Assembly (NCBI GenBank): GCA_965242695.1
Contig: CBDESU010000002.1
Span: 1,611,136 to 1,675,135, forward strand
Length of the DNA stretch: 64,000 nt
Direction of reading: 5' to 3'
Source of the DNA: Cenarchaeum sp.
GTDB lineage: Archaea; Thermoproteota; Nitrososphaeria; Nitrososphaerales; Nitrosopumilaceae
Shown here: positions 8,849 through 16,505 of the stretch, in pieces
How positions within the stretch are numbered: position 1 is the stretch's first letter
Layout: every line of letters begins with the position of its first letter
Made by a program: the position numbers and the translations under genes
The notes under the pieces: generated by a model
The model's input: the letters and a program-made list of their open reading frames with translations, nothing else
The model's database searches: none
What the model was told of the DNA's origin: nothing

Positions 8849-9730
8849 ATGGCCACGCGCCTGCAGGTGCTCGTACCGATCTCGGCGGCCGCGGTGATCG
8901 TCGGCGTGGCCGGAATCCTGACGATACCGAGCGACTCGAAGCTAGAGTCGACCGAGTTCCCGCGCGGCACGGTACTGGTCGACGGCAGCGCGATCGAGGT
9001 GCAGGTGGCAAGCACTGCGCCGCAGCGCGCAAGGGGGCTCATGTTCCAGGAAGAGCTGCCGCCGGGCGAGGGCATGCTGTACATTCACGACGAACCGGGC
9101 GAGCATGCAAGGTGGATGCTCAACATGCAGTTTGCCGTCGATGCGGCCTGGTTCGATGCGGACGGCCGCGCCGTGCACGTCGAGCGGGACGTGCAGCCGT
9201 GCAAGTCGGCGCTCGAGCAGGCCACGTGCACGGCCGTCAACCCCGCCGCCGAGGCGCTGTACATACTGGAGGTGCCGGCCGGCCGCGCCGCCGAGCTCGG
9301 GATCGAAATAGGCTCGCGCCTGGATGTAGTCGAGGATGCGGCGTTCCCGCGCGGGACCGTCAGCGTCGGCGGGGTCGTAATCGAGGTGCAGGTAGCCGAC
9401 ACGCCCGAGCTGCGCTCGCGCGGCCTCCAGTTCCAGGACGCCCTGCCCTACGACGAGGGCATGCTGTTCGTCCACGACCGGCAGGGCGCGTACTCTATGT
9501 GGATGCCGAACATGAGGTTTGCACTAGACATGATGTGGTTCGACGCCGACGGGCGCGCGGTGCACATCGAGCGCGGCGTGCCGCCGTGCGGTCCCGACGT
9601 GTCCTCTACGGGGCGTTGCCCGTCGTACGGGCCGGGCGATGCGGCCCTGTACGTACTGGAGGCGACGGCCGGCTTTGCCGACATGCACGGGATCGACGGC
9701 TCCTCGCGGCTCGAGATCATCTCTGTATAG
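8849..9730 (+). CDS. Tandem DUF192-domain protein with N-terminal membrane anchor
   Basis: Two copies of EVQVA.T...R.RGL.FQ..LP..EGML....H.....WM.NM.F..D..W.D and YILEV/YVLEA. Confidence 0.88.
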   Translation: MATRLQVLVPISAAAVIVGVAGILTIPSDSKLESTEFPRGTVLVDGSAIEVQVASTAPQRARGLMFQEELPPGEGMLYIHDEPGEHARWMLNMQFAVDAAWFDADGRAVHVERDVQPCKSALEQATCTAVNPAAEALYILEVPAGRAAELGIEIGSRLDVVEDAAFPRGTVSVGGVVIEVQVADTPELRSRGLQFQDALPYDEGMLFVHDRQGAYSMWMPNMRFALDMMWFDADGRAVHIERGVPPCGPDVSSTGRCPSYGPGDAALYVLEATAGFADMHGIDGSSRLEIISV

Positions 9731-9938
9731 GCGGCGCCCTGCAGGGGGCGGGGACATGGCGCCGCGCGCCGGCGATCGCGCCCGCTTGTGATCGGGACCG
9801 CGGCCTGCCGGTCCTGCCGGATTTTTCGCACCTGCAGGCCGGCGCGGGCGCGCCAGCAGCGCGGCGGGCTGAAGCGGTCGGCTCGCATTTGCGGGACGCC
9901 CGCGCCTGCGCTCCGTTGCCGGCCCCCTGCGCCTAGAA

Positions 9939-9945
9939 TTTTATA
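9939..9945 (+). promoter_or_regulatory. TATA box of the tRNA gene
   Basis: TTTTATA ending ~23 nt upstream of the tRNA 5' end. Confidence 0.6.
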
Positions 9946-9967
9946 GCGCCCCCGCGGGCGGCCCATA

Positions 9968-10041
9968 GGGCCCGTAACTCAGCTTGGTAGAGTAACCGAC
10001 TCATAATCGGTGAGCCGTGAGATCGAAGCTCGCCGGGCCCA
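9968..10041 (+). tRNA. tRNA with CAT anticodon, probably tRNA-Ile2 (agmatidine type) rather than Met
   Basis: Cloverleaf: acceptor GGGCCCG/CGGGCCC+A, D arm ACTC-AGCTTGGTA-GAGT, anticodon arm ACCGA-CTCATAA-TCGGT, T arm GTGAG-ATCGAAG-CTCGC. The GGGCCC acceptor is typical of archaeal Ile tRNAs. No intron and no encoded CCA. Confidence 0.9.
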
Positions 10042-10098
10042 CCTCCTTCCCCTGCCGCGCCGGGCGCCGCCGGTGCCGATCTTGGGCGCGCGCCGCCT

Positions 10099-12270
10099 TC
10101 AACTCTTGGCCTTGCTGTACTGCAGCGCCCTCAGGACCTCGGTGTAGTCCTCGTCGCTGTACAGCTCTTTGACCGCGGCCTTTTTGTCGAGCACCCTTGC
10201 CGATCCGTCGAGCATCGACACGATCCACCTGGCATCGGCCGGCCCGAGCACCATGGTGACATGGCCGCACTCTGACTTGTCGATGCCCTCGCGCCATATC
10301 GGGAACGCAAAGAAGTCGTAGTCGTTCGCTAGGAGGATGGATGCCCGCTCCTCGGACTCCTTCATGGCTATGGCCAGTATCTGCTGGTCCTTGTCCGCCG
10401 CCGATCTGAGGTGGCGCAGCAGCTCCTTCAGGTCCTCCTCCCCTCCATCCCCTCCGTGCCTTGCGATGGCGCCCCTCGACGTGCGCCTTCCCTTCGTCCC
10501 GTCCACCTCTTCCTTCCGGGGCATTCCCATCTTGTCCAGTATGGCGCCGATCCTGGCCCCCTCCGCATCGCCCGCACGCTCGGGGTCGGCCCACCTGAAC
10601 TTCCTGTCGATCCACCTGATCGACTCGTCGCTGAGCGGGTCGTCGACAAGCTGCCCCCTGAGGTCGTCAATGGCCTTTTCGTACCCCTCGTACCCGTATA
10701 CCGTCTCAAACGCCCTCAGGCTCGCGCCGGCATATTCCTTGGTCCCCTGCCATACGCTGTCGCGCTCGGGGAGAAGCAGGTCGTCCCTGCGGAGGTCGAC
10801 GTAGTCTAGCTGCGGCCCGTAAAAGCCGGGGTTTTCCAGCTCGCCTTTGCTTCGCTTCTTGTGGTTTAGGACCACGCTCGTGTCCAGTACCACGCGCATG
10901 CCGCCGCGCGCCGCGCGGCGCGGCGCGGCGGCCGGCGGCTTGGGTGCGCGCCGGGAAGCGGCCGCACCCGCGGGAGCGCCGGCCGGCGGCACGGGCACGG
11001 CGCCTGCACCGGGAGCCTTCGGCCTGCGCGCCACGGGCCTGCGCGCCACGGGCCTCTTGTCCTCTACGGGACGGCTCCCTTTCGAGCCAGACGCCCTCCG
11101 CACTGCAACTGCGACGACGACCGCAACGACCGCCGCCACGGCGACGGCCGCCGCCAGCACCATGGCGGTGTCTAGGCCCGTGCTTGGATATGCTTGCCCA
11201 CCTGCGGCTTCTTCCCGGGGCGAATGCGCGGCGCTGGACGGTGCGCCCCTTTCCGCCCCTTCAGACTCCCGCGGCGCGGCATCCGGCGGCCCGGGCTCGC
11301 CGCCGGGCGCGGGGACTGCAGGGCTGGCCGGAGCGGACGCTGCCGGCCCCTCGACCTGTCGCCGATCCTCCGATGGTGCGGCCTCGACCTCCCGCTCGGG
11401 CGCCTGCATCGCCGCGCCGCCGCCCGCATCGCCAGACTCGACCCAGAACGGGGCGCGCGCAAGCTGGCCGGCTCCGGTGACGACCGCCGTGTACTCGCCA
11501 TCGCCGCCCCACCGCCCGCCGGGGGGCATTATGGTCGCCGAGTAGGTGCCCGCGGTGCTGGTCGTGAGCACCCCCGAGTACACAACGCCGGCCGACGGGC
11601 CGGCGACGTCGATGCGCAGGCGCACCCCAGCGCCTGCGCCCTCGGCGGTGCCGTGCACCGTGACGGCCGCATCGGGCGAGTAGATGGGCCTTGACACGCT
11701 CGCCGACAGGCCCAGGATGGAGCCGGACGCATCTGCTGCGCCGGGATCATCCCCGGCAGCCTCTCCGCGCGCCGGCGCGGCCGCGGCGGGAACCTGCGGG
11801 GGGCGCACGACCTCAAAGTACACGGTGCCCAGGGATGCGCCCCCGTGCGATGCCGACACCTTGTACCTGCCGGGCCTCGAGTCGGCCCCTGTGGGGAACG
11901 GCTTGTCGAGCTGGTACGGGACGGCAAAGTGGCCGCCGCGCGTGGCCAGTGCGGACTGCTCGGACCTGGACGAGTCGGGCAGCGTCACGACGACGTCGAC
12001 CTGCCTGCGCTCGCCGGACTCGGCGAACATCTGGCCGGTTATCCTGACCGTGACGGGAGTGTGCCTCTCGAGGACATAGATGGTCTCCTCGACGGCTAGC
12101 CTGCCGTGCCGGGTCTCGTCGTGCCCCTGGGCCCAGGCCTGGTGCGGCGCCGCGGCGGCCACCATTCCGAGTACTGTCGCGAATGCGACGGCGGCGAACA
12201 GGGCCGGTAGCAGTGTGTGCATCGGCGCCTGGCGCGGCGCGCCGCGGCCGACTGCGCCGATCCTGCCCAT
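10099..12270 (-). CDS. Membrane-anchored Ig-like / PIN-domain fusion protein (alternative start 12222)
   Basis: Signal peptide ending AWA-Q, two Ig-like beta-sandwich domains, Pro/Ala linker, TM helix (11101-11166), then a PIN-like domain from 10899 (RVVLDTSVV ... DQQILAIA ... ILLANDYDF). Confidence 0.75.
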   Translation of the reverse strand: MGRIGAVGRGAPRQAPMHTLLPALFAAVAFATVLGMVAAAAPHQAWAQGHDETRHGRLAVEETIYVLERHTPVTVRITGQMFAESGERRQVDVVVTLPDSSRSEQSALATRGGHFAVPYQLDKPFPTGADSRPGRYKVSASHGGASLGTVYFEVVRPPQVPAAAAPARGEAAGDDPGAADASGSILGLSASVSRPIYSPDAAVTVHGTAEGAGAGVRLRIDVAGPSAGVVYSGVLTTSTAGTYSATIMPPGGRWGGDGEYTAVVTGAGQLARAPFWVESGDAGGGAAMQAPEREVEAAPSEDRRQVEGPAASAPASPAVPAPGGEPGPPDAAPRESEGAERGAPSSAAHSPREEAAGGQAYPSTGLDTAMVLAAAVAVAAVVAVVVAVAVRRASGSKGSRPVEDKRPVARRPVARRPKAPGAGAVPVPPAGAPAGAAASRRAPKPPAAAPRRAARGGMRVVLDTSVVLNHKKRSKGELENPGFYGPQLDYVDLRRDDLLLPERDSVWQGTKEYAGASLRAFETVYGYEGYEKAIDDLRGQLVDDPLSDESIRWIDRKFRWADPERAGDAEGARIGAILDKMGMPRKEEVDGTKGRRTSRGAIARHGGDGGEEDLKELLRHLRSAADKDQQILAIAMKESEERASILLANDYDFFAFPIWREGIDKSECGHVTMVLGPADARWIVSMLDGSARVLDKKAAVKELYSDEDYTEVLRALQYSKAKS

Positions 12271-12319
12271 CGGCGGGCCCCGCCGAGGCGGCTAAAAACC
12301 TTGCCGGCCGCACTCGCAC

Positions 12320-12339
12320 GGGGGGGGGGGGGGGGGGGG
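12320..12339 (+). repeat. Poly-G tract (20 G)
   Basis: Read directly; 50 nt upstream of the Ig-PIN gene start. Confidence 0.85.
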
Positions 12340-12919
12340 CGCAGCCATGGGCAGGCGCTGCGAGATCTCCACCGCGTATCTTGCAGGACGGCGGATGCGC
12401 CTGCGTGGCGCGGCCGCGGACCGTCGGGATGGGCGTCCCGCCGGTGCGGGCGCACCCGCAGCATCCATCGACCCTGCGCCCCCCGCGGCCTGGGACGGGC
12501 CCTTCCTGGATGCTGCGCCGCCGACGGTTTAAAGGCGCCTGCGGTGCGGCCCGCCCGCGGCGCGATGAAGAATCAGAGTTATGCCTGACGCAATGATGAA
12601 AAGGCATTTGACCGAGCTGCCGCAACCGCCGCCCCGATGCGCCCGCAACCGCCGTACGGCGCGGCCCGGGCGGGCTCGCGCAACGGCGGAGACTGCGCGC
12701 GGCCGCTGCAGCCGGGGAGTGCGCCGGATGCATGCGCCCGCATCTGCGACTTCCTACGGCCGAGGGCCCGCCGAACGCAACGGGCCGAAGAGGCGGGGCC
12801 AGGCTGCGCGCGCCGCACCGGGCGCGGCGGCTGAGCTCTTCCGCGGGCCTGGGCCTGGATGCCAGCATGCGCATGCGCGACTTTCTCACGCCTACGCGAA
12901 GGGTATATGGCCAACCGGT

Positions 12920-13120
12920 ATGCGGCACTTCTTGATGATGAGGGAGGTCAAGCCGCTCAGCGACCGGCAGTGGACCATGGTCATAGAGCAGCTGAGGGAG
13001 GGCCCTACACCCGAGATGAGGCGCACCCTCCAGATGGCTAGGGAGCAGGCCAAGTACGTGAAGGAGATCGATCATGAAGAGGTTGAAAGGCGCCGCAGGC
13101 GAGCAGCGGAAGAGTCCTGA
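12920..13120 (+). CDS. Putative small antitoxin (DUF1778/TacA C-terminal-like)
   Basis: VKPLSDRQWTMVIEQLREGPTPEM resembles the C-terminal L-S-x3-W/F-x6-L-x2-P-x-P segment of DUF1778. It overlaps the GNAT gene and has a paralog at 42753. Confidence 0.6.
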   Translation: MRHFLMMREVKPLSDRQWTMVIEQLREGPTPEMRRTLQMAREQAKYVKEIDHEEVERRRRRAAEES

Positions 13121-13640
13121 GATTTCTCTGGTGCGCGCCGGCACTGATCCCGACCCAAACTTCGATTGCCGAAACCCCGAGTTCAACGACTACTACAGGG
13201 TCGCTTCCTATAGTGACATGGAAGAGGGCCTGAACCGAACATGGCGGCATATTGGCGACGAGGGGGCCGCGCTCGTCCACATCTCGGTCGCGGCGGCGCA
13301 CCTGCGCCCCGGCCGCGACCCTGCCCTGCGGGGGATGGGCTACGGCAACATCCCCGCACCCCTCGCCGGCTGCCTTGCCACGGACAAGGGCCACGAGCGG
13401 CAGGGGGTGGCCGCCAAGCTTTTGCTGTGGTCAATCGAAGAGGCGATGCGCCTGTCGGAGAGGATCGGATGCCGCATCGTCATGCTCAACCCCCTCGACG
13501 ATCCCGACACCATGCGATTCTATCGCAACCTTGGCTTTAGGTACATGCCAGCTGGCAATGGCGAGGATGATGTATTCTATATTGATATACAGGACAAGAT
13601 TAGGGCTGACGCCCGCCCCCTGCCGGCCAATACGGCCTAA
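13074..13640 (+). CDS. GNAT acetyltransferase, TacT/AtaT toxin-like
   Basis: FDCRNPEFNDY (cf. FDCG...LN.YL), IPA...LATDKGHERQGVA acetyl-CoA motif, IGCRIVML, FYRNLGF. Confidence 0.8.
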   Translation: MKRLKGAAGEQRKSPEISLVRAGTDPDPNFDCRNPEFNDYYRVASYSDMEEGLNRTWRHIGDEGAALVHISVAAAHLRPGRDPALRGMGYGNIPAPLAGCLATDKGHERQGVAAKLLLWSIEEAMRLSERIGCRIVMLNPLDDPDTMRFYRNLGFRYMPAGNGEDDVFYIDIQDKIRADARPLPANTA

Positions 13641-14034
13641 CCATGATCACCAGCTTTCCGGCGCGCCTCGACATCCGTGCCTGCCTCTGACCTGTTGTGC
13701 GGTTGACCTACGGCGCTTCGCCGGTGCAGGCGTATGAAGTGTGGGCGGGCAAAGAAGGGCATTGGAAGTTGCCCTGCCGTTCGTAGTCGCAGCCGTAGCC
13801 ATGCCGGCTTGGCACCTGCATGGAGTCGATCGCACTGACACTGGACGCATCAGCGCCGTGGCGAGCCGCGCCGGCTCGCCCCCGGGCCACGCCCCGTGCA
13901 TATTCCGGTCTCTGGCAAACGACGCGCTCGCCTAGGGCGGACAGGGCGAAGTTGACGCTGGAGACCTGAATGTCTACGCATGCGGCATCGGACTCCCCCG
14001 TTGGGTTTATTTTCAGAGCGGCGCGCCCCCCGCC

Positions 14035-15183
14035 GTGCCCGAGATCTGGCTCAACTACGGCTCGTCGAACGTCGTAGTCGACGTGAGGGCCGAGAACCTG
14101 GGCGAGACGATATCGGGGGGGCCCGCGGGTGCGCTAGAGGGCGAGGCGCTCGAAAAGGAGATCGACGGCATGATCGACCTCTCTGCACCCGCCGAGATGG
14201 CCGTCCTGCACAGCACGCCGGCCGTCCATGCGCTGCTCAACTCCGTTCTCGGCATGTGCGAGCGCAGGTCGGTTGCGCCGCCGCGGATCGTCGCCGACCG
14301 GTGGGTGGCAGCGCCCCTGCGCGCCGCGCTCGCAGAGGGGGCGCGCGTCGAGTCCGGGGCGGTCCCGCAGGTCGGCGGGGATGCCGGGGGCGGGGGCCGC
14401 GACGGCGGCGGGGGCGGGCAGCCCTCGCGCACGACCTACTTTGTCGCCGAGGCCGAGCTCGACGGGCTGTTCGGGTACGAGACGGTCGCCACGCGCCTTG
14501 CGCGCCGGTTCGGCCGCGACGACGTAATGCTAGCGGCGTACGCAAAGCGGCGCGGCCCGGCGCCCGCCCCCGGCGAGGACGCGGCAGCGGCCGGCGAGGC
14601 GCGGCAGTTTGCCGACCGGTTCGAGGTTCGCGCGCTAGACATAGTGGCCGGGCCGGCGGGGATATCGCACGTGAGGGCGGGCCACCCGTCCGAGACGTCG
14701 CGCGAGGTGCCGCGCCTGCTAGAGGCGGCCGCCGTGCGCGACGGCGCGGCCGGAAGGCACCGGTCGCTCATTGCAAGCACGGGCAAGGCGGCAAGCAACG
14801 ACACGCTTGCGCGCTCGCTGTCGTCGCTGTGGAACTGCCGCGCGGCCGTCCCAAAGGGCGGCCTTGTCGTCCTGCTCGCCGAGTGCGGGCGCGGGACCGG
14901 CGCCGAGGCCGTGCAGCGGTTCGTCGAGGGGCGCCTCGACGTGGCCGACCTGCGCCGGCCGTCCCGGTACATCGACGGGATGGAGTCGCTGCTGTTCCTG
15001 GAGGAGGCGAAGCGGGACATCCAGGTCGGAATAGTCTCGGTCCTGCCGGACCTGTACACGAGGCGGCTCGGCCTCGTGCCGCTCGCCGGCGCCAGGACCG
15101 CACTCGAGTACACCCTGTCGACGATGGGGCAGAGGCACAAGGTGTCGGTCCTGCCGGATGCGGCCCGCTCGCTGCTGCGGTAG
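14035..15183 (+). CDS. Lactate racemase (LarA/DUF2088)-like protein
   Basis: GTG start MPEIWLNYG; DGLFGYE, ASTG, LLAECGRG motifs resemble degenerate LarA-fold proteins. Confidence 0.6.
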   Translation: MPEIWLNYGSSNVVVDVRAENLGETISGGPAGALEGEALEKEIDGMIDLSAPAEMAVLHSTPAVHALLNSVLGMCERRSVAPPRIVADRWVAAPLRAALAEGARVESGAVPQVGGDAGGGGRDGGGGGQPSRTTYFVAEAELDGLFGYETVATRLARRFGRDDVMLAAYAKRRGPAPAPGEDAAAAGEARQFADRFEVRALDIVAGPAGISHVRAGHPSETSREVPRLLEAAAVRDGAAGRHRSLIASTGKAASNDTLARSLSSLWNCRAAVPKGGLVVLLAECGRGTGAEAVQRFVEGRLDVADLRRPSRYIDGMESLLFLEEAKRDIQVGIVSVLPDLYTRRLGLVPLAGARTALEYTLSTMGQRHKVSVLPDAARSLLR

Positions 15184-15185
15184 GC

Positions 15186-16313
15186 CTAGAGGAACGGTAT
15201 GCTCAGCGACGAGGGCAGCGGCGCGCAGAGGACGGCAAGCCCGACTATCGCGGCGTACGCATACGCGCGGCTGCGCGGAAGCGGAGATACGTCGTCGAGC
15301 GGCCTTGCCGACATGCCGCGCATGCTCAGCGCGAGTATGAGTATGGCCATGAACCAGTAGCCGAGCACGACAAGGACTCCCATGCTCGCGTACGTGGCGT
15401 ACCTGTGCCGGTCGTGGCCGAGCAGCGTGCGGGCCATGTGACCGCCGTCGAGCTGCCAGGCGGGCAGCATGTTGAGGAACGTGACGAGGAACCCGATCCA
15501 CGCGGCGAACAGGACGGGCGTGAGGAGCACCTCGCTTCCGGGGCCGCCCTTGCCGAACGCGGCGAGCGCCGCCGTCATGAGCAGCGGCTCGCCCTGCCCC
15601 CACTCCTGCAGGGCCGCCCGGCCGTCGGGGCCCGGGGCGGACAGCTCTGGGGGTATGACGGGCGCCTCGTACGCGCCGTACAGGGCGACCAGCACGGCGA
15701 CGGCAAGGCCGGCGACGGGCCCCGCGATCGCAATGTCGAAGAGTATTACCCTGTTGACGGTGAGGCCCCTTGACCGTATGAACGCGCCGAACGTCGGTAT
15801 GCCGTACACGGGTATGCCGGGTATGAAGAACGGCCAGGACGTCCTGACGCCGTGCCACCTAGAGGCGGCAAGGTGCCCCGCCTCGTGGACGCCGAGTATG
15901 CCGAGCAGCGAGGCGGTGTACACGACGGCCGACCCGAGCGGATCGCCGATGTGCAGCACGGTGTTTGCGGCGACCGTGCGGTAGTACCCGTCGACCATTA
16001 CGAACGCGACGACGGCGGCAAACAGCAGGCGCGCCACGAGCGACTCGGACATGCCGAGCCAGCGGTGGGTCTTCCTGGGCACTACGTACGCCATCACGTA
16101 CAGGCTGCCGCCGCTCACGGCCGTGCTGCATGCGACGTCCATTCGCTCCAGGCGGCGGGCGAGCGCGGCAAAGTCGTCCCTAAAGCCGGGGCCGGGCCGG
16201 TCGGGCGTGCCGGCGAGCCTGAACTGGATGACGTCGGGGCGCGGCTTTACCTCTTCGACGTCGAGGGCGGCGGTGACGATCTCTACGACCTCGTCGGCCG
16301 ACGGGTCGCTCAC
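15186..16313 (-). CDS. Site-2 protease (peptidase M50)
   Basis: HEAGH zinc motif, PFFIP, AIAGP, NMLPAWQLDGG, multiple TM helices. Start uncertain (16313 or 16376). Confidence 0.93.
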   Translation of the reverse strand: MSDPSADEVVEIVTAALDVEEVKPRPDVIQFRLAGTPDRPGPGFRDDFAALARRLERMDVACSTAVSGGSLYVMAYVVPRKTHRWLGMSESLVARLLFAAVVAFVMVDGYYRTVAANTVLHIGDPLGSAVVYTASLLGILGVHEAGHLAASRWHGVRTSWPFFIPGIPVYGIPTFGAFIRSRGLTVNRVILFDIAIAGPVAGLAVAVLVALYGAYEAPVIPPELSAPGPDGRAALQEWGQGEPLLMTAALAAFGKGGPGSEVLLTPVLFAAWIGFLVTFLNMLPAWQLDGGHMARTLLGHDRHRYATYASMGVLVVLGYWFMAILILALSMRGMSARPLDDVSPLPRSRAYAYAAIVGLAVLCAPLPSSLSIPFL

Positions 16314-16505
16314 GGGAGGCGCCCCCTGATGCGGGATCCCTGCGGCGGCGCCGGCCCGCGGGCCTCTGGCGCCCATGCCGCCGGCCGCCCTCCAGCCCCG
16401 CGCACTCCCATGACGGCCGGCCCCAAAGAGGCCCTATTCAAAATGTAGTGGTTTGCGGGGCCGCCTGCCCGCCCGGGGCGCGGCACGGGAATCGCGCGCC
16501 AAGAA

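Noticed and set aside
10017-10033. Non-canonical T-loop (ATCGAAG instead of TTCGAA) as a sign of a tRNA pseudogene
   Set aside because: All stems pair and a TATA box is present; as far as I recall, A54-type loops occur in functional tRNAs of this lineage.
13872-13892. Possible attR copy of the tRNA 3' end (GCTCGCC..CGGGCCAC)
   Set aside because: Short, gapped and GC-only; expected by chance, and no integrase is present.
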